Both the position numbers and the translations under genes were made by a program. Below the pieces are notes generated by a model. It worked only from the letters and a program-made list of their open reading frames with translations. It did not search any database and was not told the DNA's origin. DNA of 53,973 nucleotides from Hyphomicrobiales bacterium (lineage in GTDB: Bacteria; Pseudomonadota; Alphaproteobacteria; Rhizobiales; Xanthobacteraceae): contig JAFKKS010000164.1 in NCBI GenBank assembly GCA_017304555.1, positions 1 through 53,973 of the forward strand, read 5' to 3'. Shown here piece by piece: positions 27,552 through 37,353 of the stretch (position 1 is its first letter; each line of letters begins with the position of its first letter).

Positions 27552-27641
27552 GACCGCGGCCGATGCCGAAAAAGGGCAACGCGCCGAAATCCGGCAGCCT
27601 TTAGCGGCGTCGCGTCTCCGCTTTGGCTGCTCCCCCCCGCA

Positions 27642-28844
27642 CTAGGCCATCGAGAGAAGAGCCCGCCCGATTGCGCAGAGGACGACAACAAGCCACGGCG
27701 GCGTGCGCCACATGAACAGCAGCAGGAACGCCGCGCCCGCAAGGGCAAAGTCGCCGGCATTCATAATGCCCGACGTCCAGACAGGGTTGTAGAACGCCGC
27801 GAGAAGAAGGCCGACCACGGCCGCGTTCACACCGCGAAGTGTGGCTTGGGCGAGCGTGCCGCGCCGCAGAACATCCCAGAACGGAAGCGCCCCGATCACC
27901 AGGAGGAATGACGGCAAGAACACCGCGACCAGGCAGATGATCGCGCCCACCAAGCCGTTCGGCTGGGGCGTCATCACCGCGCCAAGGTAGGCGGCGAACG
28001 TGAAGAGCGGTCCCGGCACGGCTTGTGCCGCGCCATAGCCTGCTAAAAACGCGTCGTTCGTCACCCAACCGGGCGGAACGACCGCGCCTTGAAGCAACGG
28101 AAGAACGACGTGCCCGCCACCGAACACGAGTGAACCTGCGCGATAGAACACGTCGAAGAGTTTTAGCGCCTGCGACGGCAGCACAGTGGCGGCAAGCGGT
28201 AACCCGACGAGCAGAAGAAAGAAGATCGCGAGCGCTGCAACACCTGTCGTCCGCTTTACATCGAGCGGCAGCGGCGCGCCGTCTGCCGACGGCTCCGCGC
28301 GCAGAAACGCGGCGCCGAAAACGCCGCCGAGGATAATCGCACCGACCTGGCCCCACGCGCTCGGCACCGTGAGAGCGACAGCCGCCGCCACGACAGCGAC
28401 GGTTGCGCGCTCACGATCGGGCGTAAGCGATCGCATCATGCCCAAGACGGCTTGCGCGACGACGGCGACCGCCGCGACTTTGAGGCCGTGAACCCATCCC
28501 GCATTGCTGACATCGCCCAGCAGGCTTACGCCATAGGCAAACAGGACAAGCGCAATGGCCGACGGCAACGTGAAGCCTGTCCACGCCGCAAGCGCGCCCG
28601 GATAGCTGGCACGGGAGAGACCGATGGCGATGCCGACCTGGCTCGACGCCGGGCCCGGAAGGAATTGGCACAGCGCGACCAGATCTGCGTAGGCGCGGTC
28701 ATCCAGCCATCGTCGACGCGCGACAAACTCTTCGCGAAAATAGCCGAGATGCGCGACGGGGCCGCCGAACGACGTGAGGCCTAGCTTTAGGAAGGCGGCA
28801 AAAACCTCAAAGACGCTCCCGCGACGCTTTTCGTGCAGTGCCAT
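27642..28844 (-). CDS. chrA: chromate transporter (CHR family, two-domain)
   Basis: The N-terminus FAAFLKLGLTSFGGPVAHLGYFREEFVARRRWLDD is followed by LCQFLPGPASSQ. A second CHR repeat contains SLVFGGGHVVLPLL and AAQAVPGPLFTFAAY. Confidence 0.85.
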   Translation of the reverse strand: MALHEKRRGSVFEVFAAFLKLGLTSFGGPVAHLGYFREEFVARRRWLDDRAYADLVALCQFLPGPASSQVGIAIGLSRASYPGALAAWTGFTLPSAIALVLFAYGVSLLGDVSNAGWVHGLKVAAVAVVAQAVLGMMRSLTPDRERATVAVVAAAVALTVPSAWGQVGAIILGGVFGAAFLRAEPSADGAPLPLDVKRTTGVAALAIFFLLLVGLPLAATVLPSQALKLFDVFYRAGSLVFGGGHVVLPLLQGAVVPPGWVTNDAFLAGYGAAQAVPGPLFTFAAYLGAVMTPQPNGLVGAIICLVAVFLPSFLLVIGALPFWDVLRRGTLAQATLRGVNAAVVGLLLAAFYNPVWTSGIMNAGDFALAGAAFLLLFMWRTPPWLVVVLCAIGRALLSMA

Positions 28845-29007
28845 GCCGCCCCCAATGCTCGGCGGGCGCAGAGAATGACCGCGGAGCGAACGCGCTGCCT
28901 CTGAGCTTACACGGCGCTCCCAACAATTCCTTCATAAGCGAGCCCTTCGCCCACTCATTTTCTTTGCGCTCAGACGCGCAAGACGACCCCAAAAATTTCT
29001 TGGGCAA

Positions 29008-29787
29008 TCAGAAGGCGGTGTAGCCGCCATCGACGAGCAGATCCGTGCCGGTCATGAAGCTTGAGGCCTCGCTCGCGAGGAAAAGCGCCGCAGTCGCCAT
29101 TTCCATCGGCTGCCCCAGGCGGTTGAGCAGGTGCTTCGGCGCGTTGTAGCGGACGGCATCCTCCATATCGCCGTGCCGCAACACCATGCGCCGCGTCTGC
29201 GTCGCACCCGGTGAGAGCGTGTTGACGCGGACATTGTCGTCGGCGTGGTCGACGGCCATGGCCTTGGCAAGCTGCAGCAGCGCGCCTTTGGCAGCGCAAT
29301 AACCGGGCCTGCCCCGTGCGCCGACACGCGCCATCTGCGACGCGATGTGAATAATGCTGCCACCGCCGGCGGCGACGATTGCGGGCAGCGCGGCGCGGCT
29401 CATCAAGTATGCGCCGGTCACATGCACAGCAAAAATCTTCGCCCATTCGTCAGGCTTCAGGACAGTGATGTCGCCCGTCGGATCGTCGTTCGATGCGCCA
29501 TTGACGAGCACATGAATCGCCGACCACGTCTGCAGCGTGGATTTCACCGCCGCGACGGTCTGCTTTTCATCGGATACGTCGCAGGCGAGCGCGACCGCTT
29601 GCCCTCCCTCCGAACGGATGCGCGCGGCGACATCTTCCGGCGCCCGCAAGTCGACGCAAGCAACGCGAGCGCCAGCGCGCGCCAGCACATCGGCAATGGC
29701 GCTGCCGATGCCGCCCCCTGCGCCGGTGACGACGGCGACCTTACCGTCCAAGCGGAACGCTGCGTCGAGTGTCGTGTTCGGGCTCAC
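29008..29787 (-). CDS. SDR family oxidoreductase
   Basis: TGAGGGIG cofactor motif, NGAS and YCAAK catalytic motifs. I moved the start to GTG 29787 (GAGGAG upstream). Confidence 0.85.
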   Translation of the reverse strand: MSPNTTLDAAFRLDGKVAVVTGAGGGIGSAIADVLARAGARVACVDLRAPEDVAARIRSEGGQAVALACDVSDEKQTVAAVKSTLQTWSAIHVLVNGASNDDPTGDITVLKPDEWAKIFAVHVTGAYLMSRAALPAIVAAGGGSIIHIASQMARVGARGRPGYCAAKGALLQLAKAMAVDHADDNVRVNTLSPGATQTRRMVLRHGDMEDAVRYNAPKHLLNRLGQPMEMATAALFLASEASSFMTGTDLLVDGGYTAF

Positions 29788-29880
29788 AGGATGCTCCTCA
29801 GTGTCGACGATAACGACGAAAGTCTCTCGCACCTTAACCGCGCCGACCTTCCAGTCGAACGCAGCGCGAGTGATCAACCG

Positions 29881-30855
29881 TCAATCGCCCTTGGCGGTGT
29901 GCCATTTGACGTAGTCGGCGAAAGCCTCGGCCGGGCCGAAGCGCGGCGCGAATCCGGTATCTTCGCGCAAACGCACGGTCGAGAATAGCGGGCGACGGCG
30001 CGGAGCCGGCACGCCGATGTCGGCATCGGCGTCCTCCTCCACAAGCTCGAACGCAAAGCGAGGAAATGCACCTTTCAGCCTCTCGCACCAATCCGCGATC
30101 GACCAGCGCCGCCCGGCGGAGACATGATAGAGTGGCTGAAGCTTAGCCGCGCCAAGCAAGCGCACGATGGCGTCGGCGACATCGGTGGCATAGACCCAGT
30201 CGTCCGGCAGAATGCGCCGCACCCGGACGGTCCTGCCCGCCTCTGCCGCGTGCAGGAGCTGGAACGGCACGCTCAGCGTATCGCGAACGCCGGTGTCGTA
30301 TTCATAACGGCCGAACACGACGCCGAGCCGCGCCACGCAGAGATCGAGGCCGCGGGTGTCGCGATAACGGATGGCGGTCCGCTCGGCGGCGTACTTGCTG
30401 ATGCCGTAGAGGTTTTCGGGCACAGGGCTGTCGCGCTGCTCGTCGAGATCAGGGCCGTCCGGATCGTGCGTTCCGAACACCGAGCCGGTGCCGAGCGCGA
30501 CGATGCGGGAGATTCCGTGCTGAAGCGCGGCGTCGAGCACTTCGATCGTGCCGCCGACATTCACGTCGACGATGGTGCGCGCCTGCGTCCGTTCGCGATC
30601 AAGGCTCGCGGTCACCGCCGCGCCGTGGATAATCTTATCAACCTTGTGCCGGGACAAGATGTCGCGAAGCTGCGCACCGTCGCGAATATCGCCGGTCTCG
30701 ATCGCGAGCGTGCCCGACCGCTTACGCAACGGCGCGACCAACGGTTCGGGTGGAAGCGCCTGCCCGAAGATGACGACATCGGTGCCTGCCGAAAGAAGCG
30801 CATCAGCGACGTTGAGCCCAACGAATCCCGTTCCGCCGGTAATGAGTATAGGCAT
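29881..30855 (-). CDS. NAD-dependent epimerase/dehydratase family protein
   Basis: I moved the start to ATG 30855 (GAGGAAAGA upstream), which gives MPILITGGTGFVGLNV. YGISK catalytic motif. Confidence 0.8.
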   Translation of the reverse strand: MPILITGGTGFVGLNVADALLSAGTDVVIFGQALPPEPLVAPLRKRSGTLAIETGDIRDGAQLRDILSRHKVDKIIHGAAVTASLDRERTQARTIVDVNVGGTIEVLDAALQHGISRIVALGTGSVFGTHDPDGPDLDEQRDSPVPENLYGISKYAAERTAIRYRDTRGLDLCVARLGVVFGRYEYDTGVRDTLSVPFQLLHAAEAGRTVRVRRILPDDWVYATDVADAIVRLLGAAKLQPLYHVSAGRRWSIADWCERLKGAFPRFAFELVEEDADADIGVPAPRRRPLFSTVRLREDTGFAPRFGPAEAFADYVKWHTAKGD

Positions 30856-30941
30856 GCTTCTTTCCTCAAAAACGCTGAAACACCGATCATAAGCCGATGT
30901 CGCGATACCGCCGACGATTGCCGGTTGTCTGGCTGCAGTAA

Positions 30942-32093
30942 TTACTCCGTCAGGATCGACGGGCTGTCGAGCGACCAATGCACGACGACCTCCGACCCCG
31001 GTTGATAGTGCGGCTGACTGCCGGTGTTCGCGGTGTCTGAGATCAATTCGCCAACACCCGGAATATTCACACGCCGGCGGATCGTGGCGCCCATATAGGT
31101 CTCTTCGAGCAGCGTTGCTTTCGTCGCCGTTCGTCCCGGCGTCGCCCCGCCCGGCGCGACTTCAACCTTTTCATGGCGCAAGGCAACGGTGACGGGCCGG
31201 CCGGCTGCAAGCGCGGCCGGGATACGCCCCACCAGTGCGCCGTCCTTGATTTTCACGCGGCCGACGCCGTCGGCATCGATGTGCTCGACCGTGCCCTCAA
31301 GGAAGTTGGAGTGCCCCATGAACTGCGCGACGAAGCGGGTCGTCGGATGCTCATAGACGTCGCGCGGCGTGCCGATCTGCAGGATCTTGCCTTCGCTCAT
31401 CACGGCGATGCGGTCCGACAGTGAAATCGCTTCGCCCTGGTCGTGCGTCACGAAGATGAAGGTGCCGCCGATCGCGCGATGCAGCCGCTGCAATTCATCC
31501 TGCATCTGCAAGCGAAGCTGCAGATCGAGCGCACTGAGCGGCTCATCCAAAAGCAGCACTTCAGGATCATTCACGAGAGCACGAGCCATCGCGATGCGCT
31601 GACGCTGCCCTCCGGAGAGCTGATCGATGCGGCGGTCGCCGTAGCCCGGCAGCCGGACGAGCGCGAGCGCGTCTTTCACCTTGGTGCGGATCGTATCAAC
31701 CGACACCCTCTTCATCTCCAGGCCGAACGCGATGTTCTCCGCGACGGTGAGGTGCGGGAAAAGCGCGCCGTGCTGGAACACCATGTTCGTGCGGCGCTGG
31801 TACGGCATGTCGTCGACCACGCTGCGGCCGCCGATCAGCAGGTCGCCATCGGTCGGCGACTCGAAGCCGCCGATGATCCGCAGAAGCGTCGTCTTTCCGC
31901 AGCCGGACGGACCGAGCAGGGAGAAGAACTCGCCCTTGCGGATGTCGAGCGAGGCGGCGTCGAGCGCGACAGTCGTGCCGAAGCGCTTGGTGATGCCGCG
32001 AATGGAGACCGCGATATCGGCCTTCGCATCCGCGGGTTTGTGCCCCGGCGTTGCCGCCGAGGCACGGGTATCTGTCGTTGTCTGCGACATCAA
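30942..32093 (-). CDS. ABC transporter ATP-binding protein (PotA/spermidine-putrescine type with C-terminal OB tail)
   Basis: GPSGCGKTT, LSGGQRQRIAMARAL, LLLDEPLSALD, FVTHDQ. Confidence 0.9.
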   Translation of the reverse strand: MMSQTTTDTRASAATPGHKPADAKADIAVSIRGITKRFGTTVALDAASLDIRKGEFFSLLGPSGCGKTTLLRIIGGFESPTDGDLLIGGRSVVDDMPYQRRTNMVFQHGALFPHLTVAENIAFGLEMKRVSVDTIRTKVKDALALVRLPGYGDRRIDQLSGGQRQRIAMARALVNDPEVLLLDEPLSALDLQLRLQMQDELQRLHRAIGGTFIFVTHDQGEAISLSDRIAVMSEGKILQIGTPRDVYEHPTTRFVAQFMGHSNFLEGTVEHIDADGVGRVKIKDGALVGRIPAALAAGRPVTVALRHEKVEVAPGGATPGRTATKATLLEETYMGATIRRRVNIPGVGELISDTANTGSQPHYQPGSEVVVHWSLDSPSILTE

Positions 32094-32095
32094 TC

Positions 32096-33223
32096 TCAGG
32101 CGCTCTTCACCCGGCTCCAGGTCTCGATCCAGGCATTCATGCTGGTCGGGAACTTGAGCTGGTAGTGCTTCACCGATCCGTCAAAGATGCCGTACCCGTA
32201 CTTCTTCTTGTCGGCATCCGACAGCCCTTCCTGCGCGAAGGTCGAGGCGGACAGATAGCCGCTGCCATTCGCAAGCTCCTGCGCGTAGGTCTTGCCCAAC
32301 ATGACGTCGATCATGGCATGCGCCATCTTCACGTTGCGGGATTCCTTCGGAATGTAGGATGCGCTGATGAGAGAGAGGACGCCTTCCTTCGGCCAGGCAC
32401 CGGCGATGTTGAAACCGCGCTTCTGCAGGTCGTTGCGCATCGGCACGATGCCGTAGCAGACGTCGATCTCGCCGCCGCTCAGCAGGTTCGAGCCCTGCGC
32501 GAAGGTGCCGAAGAAGGTGCGCACGTTCTTTTTCTTCTTGATGAGGAAGTTGCCGACTTCCGTGAGCTGCGCGCGGTCCATCTTCTCGGGCTCCTTGTGC
32601 CCGAGATAAAGCCCGGCGGCCATCAGCATCTGGTGCGCGACGTCCCACCAGCCGATACGGCCGGCATACTTGTCTTCGAACAGCAGCGACCACGAATGCG
32701 TGTACGGATCGTCATCCGGAACGACGGCGCGGTTGTACAGGATCGAGTCGTAGCCCCAGCTATGCGGGATCATGAAGACCTTGCCGTCACGCTGGCCGAT
32801 CCCCTCTTTCGAAGGCTCGTTGATGTATTTCATGTTGGGAATTTGCGAGACGTCGATCGCCTGCACGCGCTCAGCGCCCGCCTTCGCTCCCATCACAACC
32901 GGGCTCGAGAACGCAAAGGAGCTGTTCATCAGGTCATAGCGGGCGCCGCCCGGCGCCGTCAGCCGCGAGACCGTGTCCGTACCGGACATGAAGGGCCCGT
33001 CGATGAGCTTGACCTCAAGTTCCTTCTCCAAGATCGCCTTCAGCGTCGGGCTGACCATGGCGTTGACCATCAGCACTTCGAGCTGACCGTTCTTCTGCGC
33101 GTAAACGGCGTTTGGCGCGAGGCTGAGACCGCCGGCGAGCGAAAGGCTGGCCGCCCCCCCCAGAATCTGCCGGCGGCTAAGCCCCGGCATCTGATGCAAC
33201 CTGGATTTATTATCGTCAGTCAT
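32096..33223 (-). CDS. ABC transporter substrate-binding protein (PotD/PotF-like) with twin-arginine signal
   Basis: I moved the start to ATG 33223 (GAGGAAGA upstream). The Tat-like SRRQILGGAASLSLAGG is followed by AVYA. Confidence 0.8.
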   Translation of the reverse strand: MTDDNKSRLHQMPGLSRRQILGGAASLSLAGGLSLAPNAVYAQKNGQLEVLMVNAMVSPTLKAILEKELEVKLIDGPFMSGTDTVSRLTAPGGARYDLMNSSFAFSSPVVMGAKAGAERVQAIDVSQIPNMKYINEPSKEGIGQRDGKVFMIPHSWGYDSILYNRAVVPDDDPYTHSWSLLFEDKYAGRIGWWDVAHQMLMAAGLYLGHKEPEKMDRAQLTEVGNFLIKKKKNVRTFFGTFAQGSNLLSGGEIDVCYGIVPMRNDLQKRGFNIAGAWPKEGVLSLISASYIPKESRNVKMAHAMIDVMLGKTYAQELANGSGYLSASTFAQEGLSDADKKKYGYGIFDGSVKHYQLKFPTSMNAWIETWSRVKSA

Positions 33224-33268
33224 TGCGTCTTCCTCTCGGCTTTCTGATCGCCGCACACGCGGCTTGGA

Positions 33269-34120
33269 TCACGTAACCTTTGCGCGTCCGCGATCGGCTT
33301 GCGCGGAGAGCACGAAGCCGATGAGCGAAGCGAAAATCGATACCGCCATGATCACGACGCCGACTGCCGGCAGGAACGGCGCCGCCTGATCCGACAGCAG
33401 CGTCCACAGATGCACCGGCACCGTGCGGTCGCTGCCGATCACGAAAAGCGTGCGGATGAACTCTTCGAACGACAGCGTGAAGGAGAACATCGCGGTGGCG
33501 ATGACGCCCGGCTTGATCAGCGGAAATATCACCCGGCGGAATGCGACAAACGGTGTCGCGCCGAGATCGGTCGCGGCTTCCTCCAGGCTCGGATCCAGCC
33601 CATGCACGCGCGGGAAAAGCGTGAGGAAGGCGAACGGCAGCACCCAGGTGATGTGCACCGGCAGCGTGCTCGTCCAAACGCCGAACGGCATCCCGCCGTA
33701 GCCGAATGTCACGAGATACACGACGCCACCGACGATTCCGGGAATGAGGATCGGCAGCAGCAACATCCGCATCACCCACGCTTTCATGGGAAAATCGGTG
33801 CGGAATCCCAGTGCGAGAAGCAGCGCAAGCGTCGTCGCCACGATCGCGCTGACGGTCCCGAGAAGCGCACTGTTGACGATCGAGCGGATGAGGTCGGCAG
33901 AGCCGAACACCTCGTTGTACCAGCGCAACGTGACCCCACGCAGCGGCAGCCCGACAACGTCCGAATTATTGAAGGACAGGACGATCAAGAGCGCGATGGG
34001 CACATACAAGAACGCGTAGAAGAAGCCCACATAGCTCCACAACGCTATCTTTCGCGTCCGCTCGCGCCGTTGCCGCTTGGACAGTCTCTGCCGCGGCGGT
34101 GTGAGTGCATCCGCCATCAC
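33269..34120 (-). CDS. ABC transporter permease (PotC-like)
   Basis: Six hydrophobic segments and EAA loop LEEAATDLGATPFVAFRRVIFPL. Confidence 0.85.
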   Translation of the reverse strand: MMADALTPPRQRLSKRQRRERTRKIALWSYVGFFYAFLYVPIALLIVLSFNNSDVVGLPLRGVTLRWYNEVFGSADLIRSIVNSALLGTVSAIVATTLALLLALGFRTDFPMKAWVMRMLLLPILIPGIVGGVVYLVTFGYGGMPFGVWTSTLPVHITWVLPFAFLTLFPRVHGLDPSLEEAATDLGATPFVAFRRVIFPLIKPGVIATAMFSFTLSFEEFIRTLFVIGSDRTVPVHLWTLLSDQAAPFLPAVGVVIMAVSIFASLIGFVLSAQADRGRAKVT

Positions 34121-35026
34121 TTAAGTCCGTATGAAGATGTCGCTGATGCGGGCGCGGCGACCAAAGATCGCGAGGCAGAGCCCGACCACAAGAATGAGAA
34201 CGACCGACAGCGCCGCGCCGAGCGCCCAGTTGTTCGTCGTCGTGTACTGGGTGGCGATGAGGTTGCCGAACATGATGCCCGTGGTGCCGCCGAGGAGTTG
34301 CGGCGTGACGTAGGCGCCGCAGCCGAGCAGGAACACCATCACGCAGCCGGATATGACGCCCGGCATACTGAGCGGCAGAATGACGCGAAAGAACGTCCTG
34401 ATGGGCCCGGCGCCGAGATCGGCCGCCGCCTCGATCAGGTTCGGATCCATCCGGTCGAGCGACAGATAGATCGGGAGCGTCATGAACAGCGTGTAGACGT
34501 AGACGAGGCCGATATGCGTCGCGCCCTCGTTGTAGAGAAGCCAGTCGAGCGGTGCGTCGGTCACGCCGATCGCCATCAGGAACGAGTTTACGAGGCCGTT
34601 GCGGCCAAGCATCGGCAGCCAGACGAAGGTGCGGACGACGTAGCTGCTCCAGAAAGGCAGGAAGAGGACGATGATGAAGATCGTCTTGCTCAGCCCTTTC
34701 AGCGACGCGAGAAAATACGCGATCGGGTACGAGACCAGCAACGAGATCAGCGTCACCGTCGCCGCAATACGCAGCGTCTGCAGCAGGATCAGCAGATAGA
34801 TCGGATCCTCGGTGACAACTTTATAGTTCTCGAGAGTGAAGTCCGGCTCGGTGCCGAAAATCGACGACGTCCAGAACGACATCGCGAACAGGAGCACAAC
34901 CGGCGCGACTGCGAACACGAGCAGCCAGATCGTTGCAGGAAGCACAAGCAGCGGTCCCAACCGCCTGCGACCGCGCCTCGAACGAGGGCTGCTCCTAGAA
35001 GTCACCGTGCTCATTAACGCCCGCAT
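34121..35026 (-). CDS. ABC transporter permease (PotB-like)
   Basis: EAA loop LIEAAADLGAGPIRTFFRVILPL. It abuts the next permease gene with no gap. Confidence 0.85.
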   Translation of the reverse strand: MRALMSTVTSRSSPRSRRGRRRLGPLLVLPATIWLLVFAVAPVVLLFAMSFWTSSIFGTEPDFTLENYKVVTEDPIYLLILLQTLRIAATVTLISLLVSYPIAYFLASLKGLSKTIFIIVLFLPFWSSYVVRTFVWLPMLGRNGLVNSFLMAIGVTDAPLDWLLYNEGATHIGLVYVYTLFMTLPIYLSLDRMDPNLIEAAADLGAGPIRTFFRVILPLSMPGVISGCVMVFLLGCGAYVTPQLLGGTTGIMFGNLIATQYTTTNNWALGAALSVVLILVVGLCLAIFGRRARISDIFIRT

Positions 35027-35098
35027 CGAACGGCAGCGCCGTTCACCCTCGCCTGCACCGCGTCAATGCTGCGCGTTCCAAGCCGCCCGTTTCCATTT

Positions 35099-35116
35099 CC
35101 CGAAATCTCTTTCGGG
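35099..35116. promoter_or_regulatory. inverted repeat CCCGAAA-TCTC-TTTCGGG in the LysR/ABC divergent region
   Basis: Read directly. A second dyad, GCGAA-N7-TTCGC, lies at 35162-35178. These are possible LysR-type binding sites. Confidence 0.3.
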
Positions 35117-35208
35117 CGGGCGCATACTAAGCGCTTTGTCTGGCGGCGGAATTAGAATATAGCGAAGCCTGATTTCGCAAAATTTGAAACCGGAGACATT
35201 TTGGGGCG

Positions 35209-36150
35209 ATGCTTCGAAATGAGATTGAAAGTCACGACATCAAGACGCTGACCCTTTTTGTCGCATGCTGTGAACTGCAGAACGTCAGCAAAGCCGCCGC
35301 GCATCTCAATATGGCCGTCTCCGCCGCAAGCCGGCGCATCCGCATGCTGGAGAACAGCGTCAAGATTCCGCTGCTGTCGCGCCGACCGCACGGCGTCGAG
35401 CCGACCGCCGCCGGCTTGACGGTGCTGCACTATGCGCGGGACGTCCTGCGGCTGACGCATCAGATGGAAGGCCTGATCACCGAGCATCGATCGGGGATCC
35501 GTGGATACGTGCGGATCAGTTCGTCGAGTTCAGTGCTGATCGGGCGTCTCGCGGCGGATCTTTCGATCTTCGCCAAGAAGGAGCCCGATATCAAAGTCGA
35601 TCTGGAAGAGCGGCCCACGCACGAAACGCTCGATTCGTTGCTGACGAAACGGGTCGATATCGGCGCGATCGTCGGCGGCACGGAGAGGGGCCGCATTGAA
35701 ACGTTCCCGTATGGCGGCGACCGGCTTTGCGTCGCGGTCCATGCGCGCCATCCTCTCGCCAAGTGCGTGCGGGTCAGTTTTTCCGACATTGCCCGCTACG
35801 ATCTCATCACTCTCGATCACAGCACGGCACTGCGCCGTTTGCTCGCTGACCGGGCGCGTGTTCTTGGCACTTATTTAAACGTGCGCGTTCAGGTGACGAG
35901 CTTTCAAGTGATGGGATTGATGGTCAGCAAAGGCATCGGCATCGGCATTCTGCCGGAAAGCGCCATCTCCGCGGTGGCGGATTCCTGGGCGCTTCGCCTC
36001 ATCGAACTCAATGAGCCTTGGGCGCAACGAGGATTCATGCTTTGCGTGCGCTCGTCGGAAACGCTTGATCGGCCGGCCACGCGTCTTCTGCGTTTTCTCG
36101 TCGATCAAAGCACGGTCTCGCCCCATGCGGATCAGCCTGTCGTCGCCTGA
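35209..36150 (+). CDS. LysR family transcriptional regulator
   Basis: N-terminal HTH LTLFVACCELQNVSKAAAHLNMAVSAASRRIRMLE with a periplasmic-binding-protein-like C-terminal domain. It is divergent from the ABC operon. Confidence 0.85.
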   Translation: MLRNEIESHDIKTLTLFVACCELQNVSKAAAHLNMAVSAASRRIRMLENSVKIPLLSRRPHGVEPTAAGLTVLHYARDVLRLTHQMEGLITEHRSGIRGYVRISSSSSVLIGRLAADLSIFAKKEPDIKVDLEERPTHETLDSLLTKRVDIGAIVGGTERGRIETFPYGGDRLCVAVHARHPLAKCVRVSFSDIARYDLITLDHSTALRRLLADRARVLGTYLNVRVQVTSFQVMGLMVSKGIGIGILPESAISAVADSWALRLIELNEPWAQRGFMLCVRSSETLDRPATRLLRFLVDQSTVSPHADQPVVA

Positions 36151-36207
36151 CGACAGTGCCGGGCGCAATTATCCGACCCCACTTCACTAAAAGTTGTCGG
36201 CAAGCGA

Positions 36208-36221
36208 TCTTGCATGCAAGA
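36208..36221. promoter_or_regulatory. perfect 14-bp palindrome TCTTGCATGCAAGA
   Basis: Read directly. It lies between the LysR stop and the TIM-barrel gene start, flanked by GTTGTC ... GACAAC. Confidence 0.35.
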
Positions 36222-36395
36222 CAACGCGCCGGCATGCGCGCCTCGTTTGCGTGCGGCGCCGTGCGGCAATAAGAAGCGCCTGCTTCTCACAGCATCGCAG
36301 CTATGAGGACATCCGATTGCGACCCGCGCGCAAGTTCACGTTCGCGCGCTGCCGTCACCCCTCAACTCGGACCCAAAAATATAAGGTCTTCAACA

Positions 36396-37235
36396 ATGAC
36401 TCGGACTTCCGTGCCCCGCCTGGACCGCGACCTTTTCGGGATCGGCCACTACATCTGTCCGGCAAAGGTCTCGCTGATCGAATTTCTCGATGCGGCGGCA
36501 GCGCGCGGCTTTTCGGGCATCGGCCTCACCGAAAGGGCGCTGGAGGAAATGCCGGCCGCCTCGATACGGAACGAATTGAAGGCGCGCGGCCTGCGTGTCA
36601 CCTCGGTCAACAGCGCCGGATATTTTCTCAAGAGCGGAAGTGACGCGGAGCGGCAGAACGCCCGCAATCAGTGGATCCTCGAATGCGCCGCGGAGCTTGG
36701 CGACGCGCCGGTCAATGTGATCGTCGGCGGCATCGGGCAAGGTCTCGGCCTCAATCTCGAGGCGGCGCGCGTCCGCGCGACCGAGGCGCTGCATGCCTTG
36801 CATGCGAACGCCGCATCCCTCGGGCTGCACATGATTGTCGAGCCCGTGCATCCGAACGGAATCTGGCAAAAGGGATGCCTCAATTCATTGCGTCAGGTGG
36901 AGCAAGCAATCTCCGGCCTTTCGAACACGACAATCAATCTCGACATCTTCCATTCATGGTGGGACGCCGATATCGGCTCCGTGATCGCCGATGACAGCCG
37001 GCCACTCGGCATGTTCCAGATGTGCGACGTGGGCGCGTTCACGCAGGACGGCGTCGGCCAGCGCCTGCCCCTCGGCGAGGGCATTGTCGACGTTCCGAGC
37101 CTGCTTGACATGTGCCTGCGCCGGAAGCGGCGGCCGCTGTTCGAGGTGGAACTGTTCGCAATACAGCTTCCCGATCGCGCCCTGACCGACCTTCTCGATC
37201 AGAGCGTGCAATACCTGAACGCGCTCAATCGATAG
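36396..37235 (+). CDS. sugar phosphate isomerase/epimerase (xylose-isomerase-like TIM barrel) family protein
   Basis: About 280 aa. FSGIGL, VIVGG, MIVEPVHP and DIFHSWWD fit the AP-endonuclease-2/xylose-isomerase-like barrel pattern. I moved the start to ATG 36396. Confidence 0.7.
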   Translation: MTRTSVPRLDRDLFGIGHYICPAKVSLIEFLDAAAARGFSGIGLTERALEEMPAASIRNELKARGLRVTSVNSAGYFLKSGSDAERQNARNQWILECAAELGDAPVNVIVGGIGQGLGLNLEAARVRATEALHALHANAASLGLHMIVEPVHPNGIWQKGCLNSLRQVEQAISGLSNTTINLDIFHSWWDADIGSVIADDSRPLGMFQMCDVGAFTQDGVGQRLPLGEGIVDVPSLLDMCLRRKRRPLFEVELFAIQLPDRALTDLLDQSVQYLNALNR

Positions 37236-37353
37236 CATCGTTGCCGGCAGGCGCTAAAGACGCGCTGCTTTTCTGTCGGCGCGTTGCGAACGGCGAAGGC
37301 TTGCCGCAAATTCTCGTGCGTCGCATCGATCCATGAGAAGACGGAAAGCCCAA

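Noticed and set aside
33299-35017. 572-codon plus-strand ORF, extremely rich in Arg/His/Asp/Glu
   Set aside because: It lies entirely antisense to the two well-supported ABC permease genes. Its composition is what the complement of hydrophobic GC-rich codons gives. It has no motif and no ribosome-binding site, so I treat it as a shadow ORF.
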